A DNA stretch of 64,000 bases. Origin: Octopus vulgaris (taxonomy: Eukaryota). Numbering within the stretch: position 1 is the stretch's first letter; each line of letters opens with the position of its first letter. The stretch covers positions 57,102,001 through 57,166,000 of the forward strand of contig OX597829.1 of the NCBI GenBank assembly GCA_951406725.2, written 5' to 3'. Shown one piece after another: positions 13,700-26,955 of the stretch. The notes beneath the pieces were generated by a model. That model was given only the letters and a program-made list of their open reading frames with translations. It ran no database searches and had not been told where the DNA came from. A program made the translations under genes and the position numbers.

Positions 13700-14738
13700 A
13701 TTTTATTTCTTTTATAAGTTGTGATTGTATGTGGAAGATGCACAGGAACCATAAAAACTACCGAGATTCGGGAAATTGATTCTCTCGAATACCCTGGTGG
13801 CTCATTAGAGGTAGAAGATAATTTCTGTCAGCTTGGGGGACCAAATTAGTAGTGGGGGAGGATGCACAGAGAGTGTGATAACTAGAATAAGATGAAAGAA
13901 ATTCAGAGAGCTGTTACCTCTGTTGGCCTTGAAAAGTTTCTCTCTCTGAGTGAAAAGAAGATTGTATGATGCATGTACAGAGACAGCAGTTCTACATGCT
14001 AGTGAGATGTGATCCCAGGAGGCAGAGGAGAAGCAAAGGTTAGAAAGAAAAAGAAGCTAGTATGCTCTGTTGGATGTGTAATATAAGTGTACAAGTTCTA
14101 CAGAGTGCTACTGTATTGAGAGAGAAGTTGGGCACAAGAGGAATTAGAAGTAATATGCAAAAGACTGTGTTGGTTTGGTCATGTGATGTGGATGGATGCC
14201 GATATAGGTCCATAAAAGAAGTACTGATCTCTCAAATTAAATGGAACACATGGAAGCGGGGGGGGGGACTCAGAAAGACATGAAGCAAAGTACTGAAAGA
14301 CAACCCTAGGATGCTGAACCTTTCAGACAAGATGACAAAGGACCAAGAAGCCTGGTACCTTGCTGTACTCAAGAAGAGTTATACTCCACAGCAGAAGTGT
14401 TAAAGTCAGTTCCCCTGGCAAAGAGGATTGGCCTGCAAGCATCTGGTACTATTGTAAAAGGTACTCATGCTGGTACCACATGAAAGCACCTGTGCTGGTG
14501 CCACATGAGAGCACATGTGCTGGTGCCACATGAGAGCACATGTGCTGGTATCACATAAAAGCTTTCAGCATGCACTGTAAAGTGGTTGGCATTAGGAAGG
14601 GCATCCAGTCATAGAAACCATGCCAAATCAGACTGGAGCCTGATGCAGTTCCCCAGCTTCCCAGACCCTGGTCAAACTGTCCAACCCATGCCAGCATGGA
14701 AAACAGATGTTAAATGATGATGATGATGATGATGATGA
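13700..14738 (+). mobile_element. 5'-truncated RTE LINE of the same family as 9940-12960
   Basis: IVCGRCTGTI...GGSLEVEDNFC and MLCWMCNISV...LREKLGTRGI, then tandem GTGCTGGTGCCACATGAGAGCAC units and the (TGA)n tail. Confidence 0.85.
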
Positions 14739-15922
14739 AGGTCGTTATTAAAATCAACCAAAATAGGGGTTTTTACCTTCAGGTTGTTGAGTCACCTCAA
14801 CTTTTGAAAAAGCTGAGTAAAGACAAAGAACCCATTGATATAACAAATCAGAGTGGAAAGGTCAAACATATCAGGATTATCCAAGAGAGCAGAATTGGTA
14901 AATAACGTTTTATTTATCAAACTATAAAAAAATATCAAATATGTTGAAGATTTTCATTTGTTTGTTGGATGTTTTTGCTTTTATTTTTTGTGTGAAAAAG
15001 TTAAGAATATTTAGTTTGAGTGAAAAGGTCAATTTTAAGTGTGCTTTTATAAGCAGGAAAAAAAAATGGTTAAAAGTAGAATATAAAGAGAGACAGAGAA
15101 TTATATAATAAACCTATTTAATTCACAATAGCACAGATCTGATGTAACTTGTATACATATGAATTAAGAAACTTTTTTGCCTTCAGTTAAGATCATTTAG
15201 GAAAACCTTTGCAGATGTAGAACTAGCAGTGATGAAGAATAAATTAACTTTGGGTTAGTTAAAATACGTTTGTCAAAGACAAATTCACTGCAGTTGCTGA
15301 GAAGAAGAAAAATTCTCTCTTATGGTAAAAAGTGTAAAAAGACCATATCTGCCCAGTGCTTCCCCCTTGTTGATTCCCAAATGTATTTCTGGTTGTTTAG
15401 CTTCTTCAATGGCATATACCAAAGAGAGATAACCCTGAGTAGATTCAAAGCCATAGTTTTAACTAAAAAAAACAGTTAATATCAGTGACTGAGTTGTGTT
15501 TGTGAACTGCCAGTTCAGGATAAGTATAGCAGCATCAACACCAAGCAATGATGAAGAATAAATGGATTTTAGGTTAGTTAAAATATATTTGTGGTAATGT
15601 GATAATAACTAAAGAGCTAGAAATGCATCTGGGAATCTGTCAGAGGGAATCACTGGAAAGATTTGATGTTTTTACACCTTTTTACCATAAGAGAGAATAT
15701 TTTCTCCACTGTAACTGCAGTCACAAACATGTTTTAACTAACTGGAAGTTCATATCTCACTGTCTCTCTATCTATATTCATCCGTCTATCCATCTATCTG
15801 AGTGTCTATCTGTCTATCTATTCATCTATACATCTATCCATCTATCTATCTGAGTGTCTATCTATCTATCCATCTGTCTATCTATTCATCTATACGTCTA
15901 TCTACCTGTCCATCCATCTGTA

Positions 15923-15958
<36 letters not shown>

Positions 15959-16530
15959 CATCCATCCAGCTGTCTGCCTGCTGCTCTCTCTCTCTCTTTC
16001 TATATATACATATATATATATATGAAGCAAAGCTATCAATTATCTCACACTACACTATCTCCCCCCTCCCAACACCACTGTATGTTACACAACGCCCTCA
16101 CTCTTCCCAATGCTAACCACCTCCTCTTCCCATCATCCATCATATGAACACAAAGTTATCAATTTTCTGATTCACTTTTTAACACTGTAAACAGGAAGTT
16201 GGTTTAGTTTCATTTTAAATGGGCTGGGAGAGGAATGACAAATAAGGAGAGAGAGAGAGAGAGAGGGAGAGAGAGGAGAGAGAGAGAGAGAGGGAGAGAG
16301 AGAGGGAGGGAGAGAGGGAGGGAGAGAGGGAGGGAGAGAGAGAGGGAGGTATGAAAGAGAGAGTGAAAACACAAAGTGTATGCACGTGAGAATACAAGTG
16401 CCCACCCAATGTGAAAACATACCCTAACACCAGCCAACATATTCAGGATGGCTTACAAATCCCAGAGTAAAATTTACAAAAAGGATTAATCAAAAGACAG
16501 AAAATGGTCAAAAATGACTTTGAAGGATTA

Positions 16531-16704
16531 TATGGTTGCCAAAGGGATCAGGTAAACATTATGGTTGCCAAAGGGATCAGGTAAACATTATGGTTGCCAA
16601 AGGGATCAGGTAAACATTATGGTTGCCAAAGGGATCAGGTAAACACTATGGTTGCCAAAGGGATCAGGTAAACATTATGGTTGCCAAAGGGATCAGGTAA
16701 ACAT
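16531..16704. repeat. 29-bp minisatellite, 6 copies (TATGGTTGCCAAAGGGATCAGGTAAACAT)
   Basis: Counted directly; only one substitution (copy 4 ends CAC). Confidence 0.95.
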
Positions 16705-16764
16705 TAAATGTTTCAGCTTCATCAATATAATGTAACTGAGTTCTTATTGTTCCTTTCCAGTTTT

Positions 16765-16935
16765 GATCTTGTTTTACTTCAGTCACTGGACTGTGGCCAT
16801 GCTGGGGCACCACCATCAAGGGTTTAGTCAAACAAATCGATCCTGGTACTTATTTTCTCATTTTAAACCTGGTTCTTTTTTTGTTGAACTGCTAAGTTAT
16901 GCATTTGCAAACAGACCATAACTGGTTATCAACTA
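16765..16935 (-). mobile_element. CORE-type SINE 3' part
   Basis: CTTGTTTTACTTCAGTCACTGGACTGTGGCCATGCTGGGGCACCACC is the reverse complement of the SINE 3' end. Confidence 0.65.
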
Positions 16936-17379
16936 TTGGGGGGGGGGGCGAGGACCAGAGTCACAAATGGACAAAATTTCTTTAAATATTTCGTATTAAA
17001 AAAGAATGATGGGGGGAAGGATCAATAAGTTGTAGATGATTCTATGAGGGTGGGGGGGGGGGGGGGGTCAGCAACATACAAATTTTGCCAATCATTTGGT
17101 TAAAGCAACAGTTCTTAAAAATCAAGATGGAACATTACAAAAGTAAGAAAAGAAAAGATGAGGAAGCTTAGAAGAACTGAGACAAAACCACACATGAAAT
17201 GGTAAGAACATTTGCAAATTGCAAAGACATTGTAAAGGAAAGAAGAAACAGCTGAAGTGAGCTTATTTTTGAAAACCAAAAAAAAAAAAAAAAGGATCAG
17301 AAGGGATAGAGACTGATTCAGGAAAAGAAAGTTAATGAATTTGAATACAAATAGAAGCAATACCTGAGTCACATGAATG

Positions 17380-17590
17380 CACCTGAGGAGCTGGCATCAC
17401 AAAAACACACCTGTGCTGGTGCCACATAAAATGCATCTGATACACTCTGCAAAGTGGTTGGTTTTAGGGAGAGCATCCAACTATAGATGCCATACCAAAA
17501 TAAGCAATTAGAGCCTGGTACCAGCCCCTGTCAAACCATCCAACCGATGCCAGCATGGAAAGATGGATGTTAGATGATGATGATGATGAT
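17380..17590 (+). mobile_element. RTE LINE 3' tail fragment
   Basis: GTGCTGGTGCCACATAAAA...GCATCCAAC...GCCAGCATGGAAAGATGGATGTTAGATGATGATG. Confidence 0.7.
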
Positions 17591-18010
17591 TATGTTGGAA
17601 AGATGGATGTTAAATGCAGTGCAAAGACAAAGGATAAAAGAAAGTTTTTGAAGCAACAGAAAAATAAATCCCAAGTCTAATTTATGTGACAGTAGCCAGG
17701 TGATAACTACCTGTTACCAGAGTGTGGCAACCAACTAGCTTTAAGACAGCATGTTAGTGCTAACATATATATACACACATATGTGCATGCACACACACAC
17801 ACACACAGTCAAAATGCTATCTTTAAGATAACGTGTTAGTGCTACACACACACACACTTTCAGAGCATCTGTTTGTTTGTGAGATCATGAATCAGAAGCT
17901 GAAAGTTGCTCCCCAAAGTGTAAGCCTGGGCAAAGGTTTTTTTCCTACATTTTCTTTTTGTCTGGAAAGTAGCCATTCCTGCAAGTCTCCACAAACCATA
18001 TTACTAATAT

Positions 18011-18755
18011 AGGCGTGGTTGTGTAATAAGAAACTTGCTTCCCATTCACATGATTCTGAGTTCAGTCCTGCTGTCTGGCACCTTAGGCAAGTGTTTTCTT
18101 GTATAGCCTTGTGCCAACCAAAGCCTTTTCAGTAGATTTGGTAGATGGAAATTGAAAGAAGCCTGTTCTGTGTATGTGTGTGTGTGTGTGTGTATACACA
18201 CACACACGTGACATGGTGAATTGGATTAGATGAAGTATTAAAGTGTTGGATTAAATAGCATGTGATATCTATTCCAGTTCTTTGGGTTCTGTAACAACAT
18301 TGGTGCCTTACTTGTATCAGCTGTGAAGTGGTTGGCATTTGGAAGGACATCCAGTTGTAAAACCTTGCCTGTGCTGGTGCCACATAGAAAGCACTCAGCC
18401 CACTCGGCAGGATGGTTGGCATTCAGCTGTAAAGGTCGTGCCAAAACAAACAGAAGTCTGCTACAGTCTTCAGTCTGGCAACCTCCTGATAAACCGTCCA
18501 ACTGATGCCAGCAAGGAAAGCAGACATTAAATGATGATGATGAGATGTGTGTGTGTGTGTGTCCCCTTGTGTTTGTTTCCCACCACCACATGTCAACCGG
18601 TGTTGGTGTGCTTATGTCCCTGCATCTTAGTAGGTTAGCAACAGAGACCAACAAAATGGTACTGAGGTTGATTCATTTGACTAAAAAACAATTCAAAGTG
18701 GTGCTCCAGCAAGGCCACAGTCTAACGACTGAAACAAGACAGAGATAAAAGAAAA
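18011..18755 (+). mobile_element. CORE-type SINE split at its internal microsatellite by an RTE-tail insertion (~18320-18543)
   Basis: SINE 5' half at 18011-18180, RTE tail ending ATGATGATGATGA, SINE 3' half at 18545-18755. Confidence 0.7.
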
Positions 18756-18871
18756 ATAACAGAATATTTCCAAATGAAAGACAATGGCTGACGCAAGTAA
18801 GGCACCAGTGTTGTTAGGGAACCCCAAAACCTGGAAAAGATATCACATGGTATCTAATCCAATACTTTAAT

Positions 18872-19100
18872 TTCTTTTTTATTGCCCACAAGGGGCTGAA
18901 CATAGAGGGGACAAACAAGGACAAACAGATTAAGTCGATTACATCGACCCCCAGTGCGTAACTGGTACTTAATTTATCGACCCCGAAAGGATGAAAGGCA
19001 AAGTCGACCTCGGCGGAATTTGAACTCAGAATGCAGCAGCGGACGAAATAACACAAAGCATTTCGCCTGGCTTGCTAACGTTTCTGCCAGCTTGCCGCCC
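18872..19100 (-). mobile_element. Full-length Nin-type SINE with ~17-bp target-site duplication
   Basis: Minus strand GGCGGCAAGCTGGCAGAAACGTTAGC...GCCGAGGTCGACTTTGCCTTTCATCCTTTCGGGGTCGAT. Flanked by TAATCCAATACTTTAAT at 18855-18871 and 19101-19117. Confidence 0.9.
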
Positions 19101-19703
19101 TAATCCAATACTTTAATACCTTATCTAATCCAATCCACTGTCCCGCACAAGTGTGCGTGTGTGTGTGTGTGTGTGTATTCTACGTAGCTGGTATTAGACT
19201 TAGGAAGGAAGCCAGTGCAGTAATTCGTGGAGATTGAGATGGAAGATTCTTCAGCATGAGTTTGGTATAAACATGTCAGACAGAGATTAAAGCTGAGAGC
19301 AAAGAAGACAAAAAAAAGAAAAAGAAAGAAAAAAATCTCAGCAAAAAATAATTGCAGCATGTTTTTGGAGTGGTTACAGCTGCATTCAGTTTGGTGCAGA
19401 GGCTGCATGGATGACAGGTGAGATGTGAAGTGGGGGTGGTGGTACGGGGGTGGTGGTTAACACGTGGCAGTGTGGGTCTAAAGAATCCAGGCATTTCCTG
19501 TCGGTATCAATGCTACTTGGAAGGAGAGATGCTGGTGGATGCAAACGGTTGTGGTCTCCAGTGAACACTTGATAAAGGGAGTGTCTGCCAGCACAAGTTG
19601 CGTGTAGTCATTTACACAAACACACACATAAAACGTGGATGTTAAATGATGATAATGAATATATATATATATATATGTGCATAAATATTTTTAAATATAT
19701 ACC

Positions 19704-20130
19704 AGGAGTTGCTGTGTGGTAAGTAGCTTGTTTACCAACCACATGGTTCTGATTTCAGTCCCACTGCGTGGCACCTTGGGCAAGTGTCTTCTATTATAGC
19801 CTCGGGCCGACCAAAGCCTTGTGAGTGGATTTGGTAGACGGAAACTGAAAGAAGCCTGTCGTATATATGTATATATATATATATATATGCGTGTGTGTGT
19901 TTGTGTGTCTGTGTTTGTCCCCCTAGCATTACTTGACAACCGATGCTGGTGTGTTTATGTCCCCGTTACTTAGCGGTTCGGCAAAAAGAGACCGATAGAA
20001 TAAGTACTGGGCTTACAAAAAGAATAAGCTATCAATTATCTCACACTACACTATCTCCCCCCTCGATTAAAGGCGGTGCTCCAGCATGGCCGCAGTCAAA
20101 TGACTGAAACAAGTAAAAGAATAAAAAGAA
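19704..20130 (+). mobile_element. Full-length CORE-type SINE with internal (TA)n(TG)n
   Basis: Near-identical to 25461-25870, 54915-55341(-) and 56646-57031. Confidence 0.9.
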
Positions 20131-20154
20131 TTCAAATATATATAACTCACTGCT

Positions 20155-20300
20155 GGCATGGTTAAGAAGTTTAATTCTCAACCACATGGTTCTAGGTTCA
20201 GTCCTATGGCATGACACCTTGGGAAAATGTCTTCAACTATAGACCAGGGCTGACCAAAGCCTCATAAGAGGATTTGGTAGAAGGAAACTGAAAGGAGGCC
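20155..20300 (+). mobile_element. CORE-type SINE 5' half
   Basis: ACCACATGGTTCTAGGTTCAGTCC...CACCTTGGGAAAATGTCTTC...GGATTTGGTAG. Confidence 0.7.
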
Positions 20301-21756
20301 CTCAAGTAAATATACTTGTGTGTATGAGTGTCTGTATGCGTGTGTGGGTATATGTGTTTTCTTGATCCTTAAGAACAAGAAGCAGGGTTCCCACCTAATT
20401 TTTGTGTACCAAATTCTACTTGCATGGAATTGGTCAATTATATAATAAGACACGTTAACAGAGGGCGATGTGCAATGGGATCCAACCATAACAGAATGAC
20501 TGCCAAGTGAATTACAAATCCCACATCCTGGGTCCACTTTCCCAGAGAATGGTGAGGAATAACCTGGAATAACTTCATCCAGACCAAACAATAATGCAAT
20601 GTTTTCTCAATTCTTAACGGAAACCAGTTCACTTAACCTGCATCACATTTCACATTCTTGATGACCTCTAATAAATTACAGAACCTTTGTACTTGGAGGG
20701 GCAAGTATACAGGGAAAGAAATAAACTTATCTCTTAGCTTTGGCATCAGTCAATTTACGCTAGAGTATGAAGTTGATCAAATTGGTTAAAATTTATTATT
20801 GGTACTCATTTCACTGTTAAGTCTTAGAGTTCAGACTTAGAGAGAGTGAGTGAGGGGGCATGAGAAGCAGAATAAAGGAACACAGGGATTTGTGTGTAAA
20901 AGTGCTCAGTTTGCTGCAAAAGTGCATTGAGTGTTTTCTACTAAAAATGAAGATTCCATGTTCTACAGATAATCCTTGCATAAATTAATTTTTCTGGTGG
21001 GTTTTCTAAGAAAATTCCAAGACATTTTACTTATTTTTTTTACAAAAGTTTACTTCTACTTTGTCAAATCCTGCAGTCTGTGGGAATACTGATACCATGA
21101 TGTACTTTCAGTTTTGGGTTGGAAGTTTTTCATTCAAGAGAAAACTAACCTTTACCACTGAATGGTTGCTAGTTAACCAAAGAAAAAAAAAATCTTCCTC
21201 AAATCACATCAAACAACAGTCTTAAAATAGTGAGACATGGGATAATCTAAACTGAGACACTGAGCTTAGTTTATTCCATGACTGCAGACATGATGGTCAA
21301 AGCTGGAACCCTGTGATCAAAATGTCTGTTCAGTGTGCACTGACTTAGGATTAAGACAACAATTTAGAAGCCAAATTTAGAACTTTCCAACCACAACCGA
21401 ATCATCTCAAAAAGAGAAGGGACAGTTTGGCTAATATAGTAAAAGATATATTATATCTGAACCAAAAGGCATGTCACTCACGGTTGGAACGTCTTTGATT
21501 GCAAGTCTACTGGATCAGAACTGAGCTGGCCATAAACAACTCCCATTTCAGCTATCTCTTTCTACAATCAACCTGTTTACCATATTAAAGACCTGTGTGC
21601 CGAACAACCAAATTACAGGCTTCCATTTTATGGTTGAAACCAATAAATTGATAGCGTTCCCCGGGGACATCGTCCACGTCCCATTTCTTTGGAGCATTCC
21701 ATCTTAAGGCAATTAATGATTATATATACATAAACACGCACAGCACATGCGTGCGT

Positions 21757-21805
<49 letters not shown>

Positions 21806-21823
21806 ATATGCGTATGTGTGTTA

Positions 21824-21862
<39 letters not shown>

Positions 21863-22521
21863 ATTTATTGTTTACAAGTGAAAAGAGAGCAATGGTCATT
21901 TCGTTGAACGGAATTTTACCCTGAGTGGGGTCGGGTGAGTCGAGGGAATCTCACACACACACGAACACACAAGAAAATTATAGTCACAGTTCTGTCTTGG
22001 AAATAATTAACGATACCGGAAATGAATGCCCTATTTCATTTTGATGCTATAAATAATGGTTAAATTATATTTTATTTAAAGTCACTTATTATTGCATTAC
22101 ACACAATGATAACACAATTTATATAATGATACCTCTATAAAAAAAAACCCCCCTTCTCTTGTGATATCCCCACCCCGTAATTCTTCATTGTATCTCGTAT
22201 CAAAGACTAACTTATCTAATCCCAAATCTTCCACCTTCCTCTACTGCATAAGGTTTCATGAACGGGTGTGAAAACAGGGGGACATATACAAAAGCATATA
22301 TGAGCAACCGGGCACACGGTTATATAAACATACGCACGCTACCCAGAAATTAATTTTAATTTTGTTTGTTTTTAATAGAAAGGAAAAAAAAAAGCCTTAA
22401 AAAAATTGATGAAAAACCTGAACCGGGAGCTGGAGTTTATTTCCAGACGGATGTATATCTAAATAATTGCTTCTAAAACAAAAGCTAGTGCGCATCTGTC
22501 AATATATTTACACACACATAC

Positions 22522-22559
<38 letters not shown>

Positions 22560-23349
22560 TGGATGAATTACCATTATATTTGTCTACCCCGACTGAGAAG
22601 CAGGTGTTGCTAATATGTACGCATTCGGTTCCGACCGAATTCAGTTTCCCATCCGACAGGACTAAAAAATATTCTTTCGCATATTGTATCAAATGCATTA
22701 TTAAACGTTATAGATTTTTAAATACGCAACTGTTGTAAATTTCCCCAACCAAACAAGAAGCAATGTAAGAAAAAGGTATTTTCTCGAAAGACAAATAAAA
22801 TATACAGCGTGTGTATAGTGTGTGTGTGTGTGTATTCGTCTATATATCTGCATGAAAGTGTGTAGCACATGCACTATACGCGCGCGTGTATGTATCTGTG
22901 ACAACCTGTGTTTATAGCGTGCAACTTTCACTTTAGCAAAATACGTAAATAGACACTCCTCTTTGTGTGTGTATGTGTACACACACATACACACACACAC
23001 ACATACCCACACACACACACACACACACACACATACAAACACTGCTTTAATAATTGCCAAATCAGTTCAATAGGTACAGAGGCAAATAAAGGCATTTCGA
23101 ATGCGAATTATTATTTTTGTTATTGTAGACATGTGCAAGACAGATAAAAGGTGGAAGTCACCGAAAATGAATGCAAGGAACCAGTTAGTGGCCAGGGAAC
23201 CATTCCTAGTTCCTTTTGAATAACAAAATAACAACAAACAAAATAATTGAGGAATTATAATTAAAAAATAGACGTAATAAAACAAAATTATTTAATTCTT
23301 CGTTTTAATTTTAAAATTTCGTTTTTTTTTTATTTTACACGTGATAGTG

Positions 23350-23398
<49 letters not shown>

Positions 23399-24505
23399 TG
23401 TGTATGTGTATTTGTGTGTATACACACACCTTGTAGCTTACCTTCAGAGTCTTTGTAAGAATGCATTCATCATCCAATGAAAATGGGTCCTTAACGTAAA
23501 AAGTCATAATTCTTATTTCGTTATAAATATTTTAATAATAATATTGCTATTATTATTTGTTTTGTTTTGTAAATATGTATTATATGTGTGTGTGTGTGTG
23601 TGTGTGTTTTATCTACAGAGACGTTGACACAGTAAAAAAAAATTGTATGGAAAAAAATGACAACAATCGTAACTCAGGTCGTGTTCCCGTACATGCTTTG
23701 CTTTCGGTGAGGAAAAGCTCTGGCAATCTCTGGCACTCTTTTTATATGACCAACACCACTCTCTCTCTTTCTTTTTACCCTCTCTCTACCCCCCTCTCTC
23801 TCTCTCTCTCTCGTTTTTCACTCTTACTACTACTGCTGCCGCTGCTACTACTTCCAACCACCTTGCTGAAAGAACAGATCAATATATTGGGTGGGTTTAT
23901 TGGATGATGGAGAAGGAGAAGGAGGTGGAGAAGGAGAAGATGAAAAGAAGAAGAAGAGGAAGAAGAAATTTATGAATAAGATTTAAAGACAAACGAAAAA
24001 AAAAAATAAAAAAAGAATGATGGAATTTTTTTTTTAATTATTACCATTAAATACAAAAATAACGCAGCAGAAAATTAAGGAAGAATTTGTAAAAGACAAG
24101 GAAGGAAGGAGCAGAGTGTTGTGTCGTGATAGTTATTTGATACTTCTTCCGCTTTCAGCCATAGCCGCCGTGTTGGTGATGGTGGTGGTGATGATGGTGA
24201 TGATGATGACGATGGGGTGGTGGTGGTGGTGGTGGTGGTGGTGGTGATGGTGGTGATGATGATGATGAAGGGGTGGTGGTGGTGTTTAATTCCCCATCCC
24301 CACAGCAGACAAGTCCTGACTGGGTTGTCCAATGATCAAATGCCTTCCAACCGTGACCATCCTAATCTTTTGAATATACACTTGTTTATTGTGCCGTTTA
24401 TAAAGTGTAATATGAAGGAATTTGGCTTCTGTTTCTAGCGCATAGTTCCCGTTGAATGATGTTGGTCATTGATCACAGATATCACCACCACCACCACCAC
24501 CACTA

Positions 24506-24548
<43 letters not shown>

Positions 24549-24944
24549 CGTTATTTACCGGCGATCGATGATTCTTTTTATTGCTTGGTCACTTCGGACA
24601 CCAGCCAGACAGACACTGTGATAATGAGGGAGGCGGTAATACCTTGGACGATGGTCACGATTCTGACGGCGATGACAAAGATGACAACCGTGATGATGAT
24701 GATGATGATGATGGTCATGATGATGATGGTCGCTTTGGTGGTGGCGGCGGCGGCGGCGAATTGGTTCTGGTTGCGATGATGATGATGATGGAGATGGTGG
24801 TGGTGGTGGTGGTGATGGTGGTCTCTTACGCAGGACGTTAAGACTTGGAATTGTTTTATTTTACTGAAGGAGAAATGCTACTAAATGGCAATCATGGGTG
24901 GAATGGGGGGGGGGAGGGATAAAACAATGACCATTATTCGAACT

Positions 24945-25063
24945 AGACTTTGCCTTTCATCCTTTCGGGGTCGATAAATCAAGTAGCAATGAAACAATGA
25001 GGTCGATGTAATCGACACGTTCCCTCCCCTCAAATTTCAGGCCTATAATAGAAAGGATTATTC
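24945..25063 (+). mobile_element. Nin-type SINE 3' fragment (CCTATAATAGAAAGGATTATT tail)
   Basis: GACTTTGCCTTTCATCCTTTCGGGGTCGATAAA...GGTCGATGTAATCGAC. Confidence 0.7.
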
Positions 25064-25221
25064 GGGGCCAGTGTTACCTTTTATCACCCTGCCATTGGGA
25101 GGGGGTTCTGTATCGAAAACTGACCCCCACCCCTCAAAATGACTGGCCTTGTGTTCAAGTCAGCAACCATTAATATTGTTGCATGCTTATAAATACCACA
25201 GGAACAACACAGACACACATG

Positions 25222-25410
<189 letters not shown>

Positions 25411-25460
25411 CTATCCCTATCAACGTATATATAGACATGTATATAGACATATATATAGAC

Positions 25461-25870
25461 AGGTGTGGCTGAGTGGTAAGTAGCTTGCTCACCAACCACA
25501 TGGTTCCGGGTTCAGTCCGACTGCGTGGCACCTTGGGCAAGTGTCTCCTACTATAGCCTCGAGCGAACCAAAGCCTTGAGAGTGGATTTGGTAGACGGAA
25601 ACTGAAAGAAGCCTGTCATATATTTATATGTGTGTGTATGCGTGTGTGCGTGCGTGTGCGTACGTGTCTATGCTTGTGTTTGTATGTTTGTGTTTGTCCC
25701 CCCACCATCGTTTGACAACCGATGTAGGTGTGTTTACATCCCCGTAACGTAGCGGTTCGGCAAAAAATAGAATAAGTACTAGACTTACAAAGAATAAGTT
25801 CTGTTCGACTTAAAGCGGTGCTCCAGCATGGCCGCAGTCAAATGGCTGACACCAGTAAAAGAATAAAAGA
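25461..25870 (+). mobile_element. Full-length CORE-type SINE
   Basis: GGTGTGGCTGAGTGGTAAGTAGCTTG...GTGCTCCAGCATGGCCGCAGTC...GTAAAAGAATAAAAGA. Confidence 0.9.
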
Positions 25871-26668
25871 ATATATATATATATACATATATACACACAC
25901 AAACATATATTATAGGCTGGTCCAATATATATACACACACTCACACACACATATATTATAGGCCGGTCCAGTATATATATATATATACACACACACACAC
26001 AAGCACCTATATATATATAGGCCGGTCCGGTGGCCTATTACTCTGTAGTTCCGACAATGTAAACCTCGTTCTCTACAGATGCAAACACACGATATATACA
26101 AGTGTGTGTGTGTGTGTATAGGAGACGAAAGAAGGCAATCATTTAAAGGGCGTGGTGTACATGCGACCACACACACACACACACACACACGCACCGCCAC
26201 TTACACTCAATCACTGCTGCACTCACTCTGAACGCTAAACTCCTCTACAATCTATCAATGAACGGTGCAGATTAATAAATAGCGTCACTCTAAAACACCG
26301 TGCCTAGCCTCTCCCTCTGCCTCTCTCTCTACCTGCCTCTCTCTCTCTCTCATCAGACTCTTCCTGATGATGATATCATCTCTTTTTTCGGTTTCCATAT
26401 GATTTCTCTATTAGTTAGGCGGCTGCCTTAACATTTCTCTCTCTCTCTTTGTCTCTTCCTCACTCTGTATCTCTTTCTCACTCGCTCATTGCCCCGCTCT
26501 CTCTCTCTCTCTCTCTCTCTTGCTATTTTATCTCTTTCTCTATATACCTACCTGTTTGTTTATTACACTGCTTAACTAACTTATCAAACTACATATTTTT
26601 CGTGTATTTCAACCTACCTACCTACCTGCCTACCTACCTACCTACCTACATACCTACCTATCTATCTG

Positions 26669-26760
<92 letters not shown>

Positions 26761-26955
26761 CCTACCTACCTACCTACCTACCTACCTACCTACCTACCTA
26801 CCTACCTATCTATCTATCTATCTATCTATCTACCTACATACATACATACATACATACACACACACAAACAGAGAGTTCTACCCTCATGCATTCCTGCTTG
26901 CATGCATACATACAGATTGAAAAGATCCCTCATATATATATATATATATATATAA

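Noticed and set aside
16531-16704. CRISPR-like array (29-bp repeats)
   Set aside because: Repeats are contiguous with no spacers, no cas genes are present, and the context is eukaryotic.
20360-20720. Possible coding exon or transposase fragment
   Set aside because: No recognisable motif or clean splice boundaries.
26360-26400. CTGATGA motif as a hammerhead or snoRNA box
   Set aside because: No GAAA box or closing stems follow.
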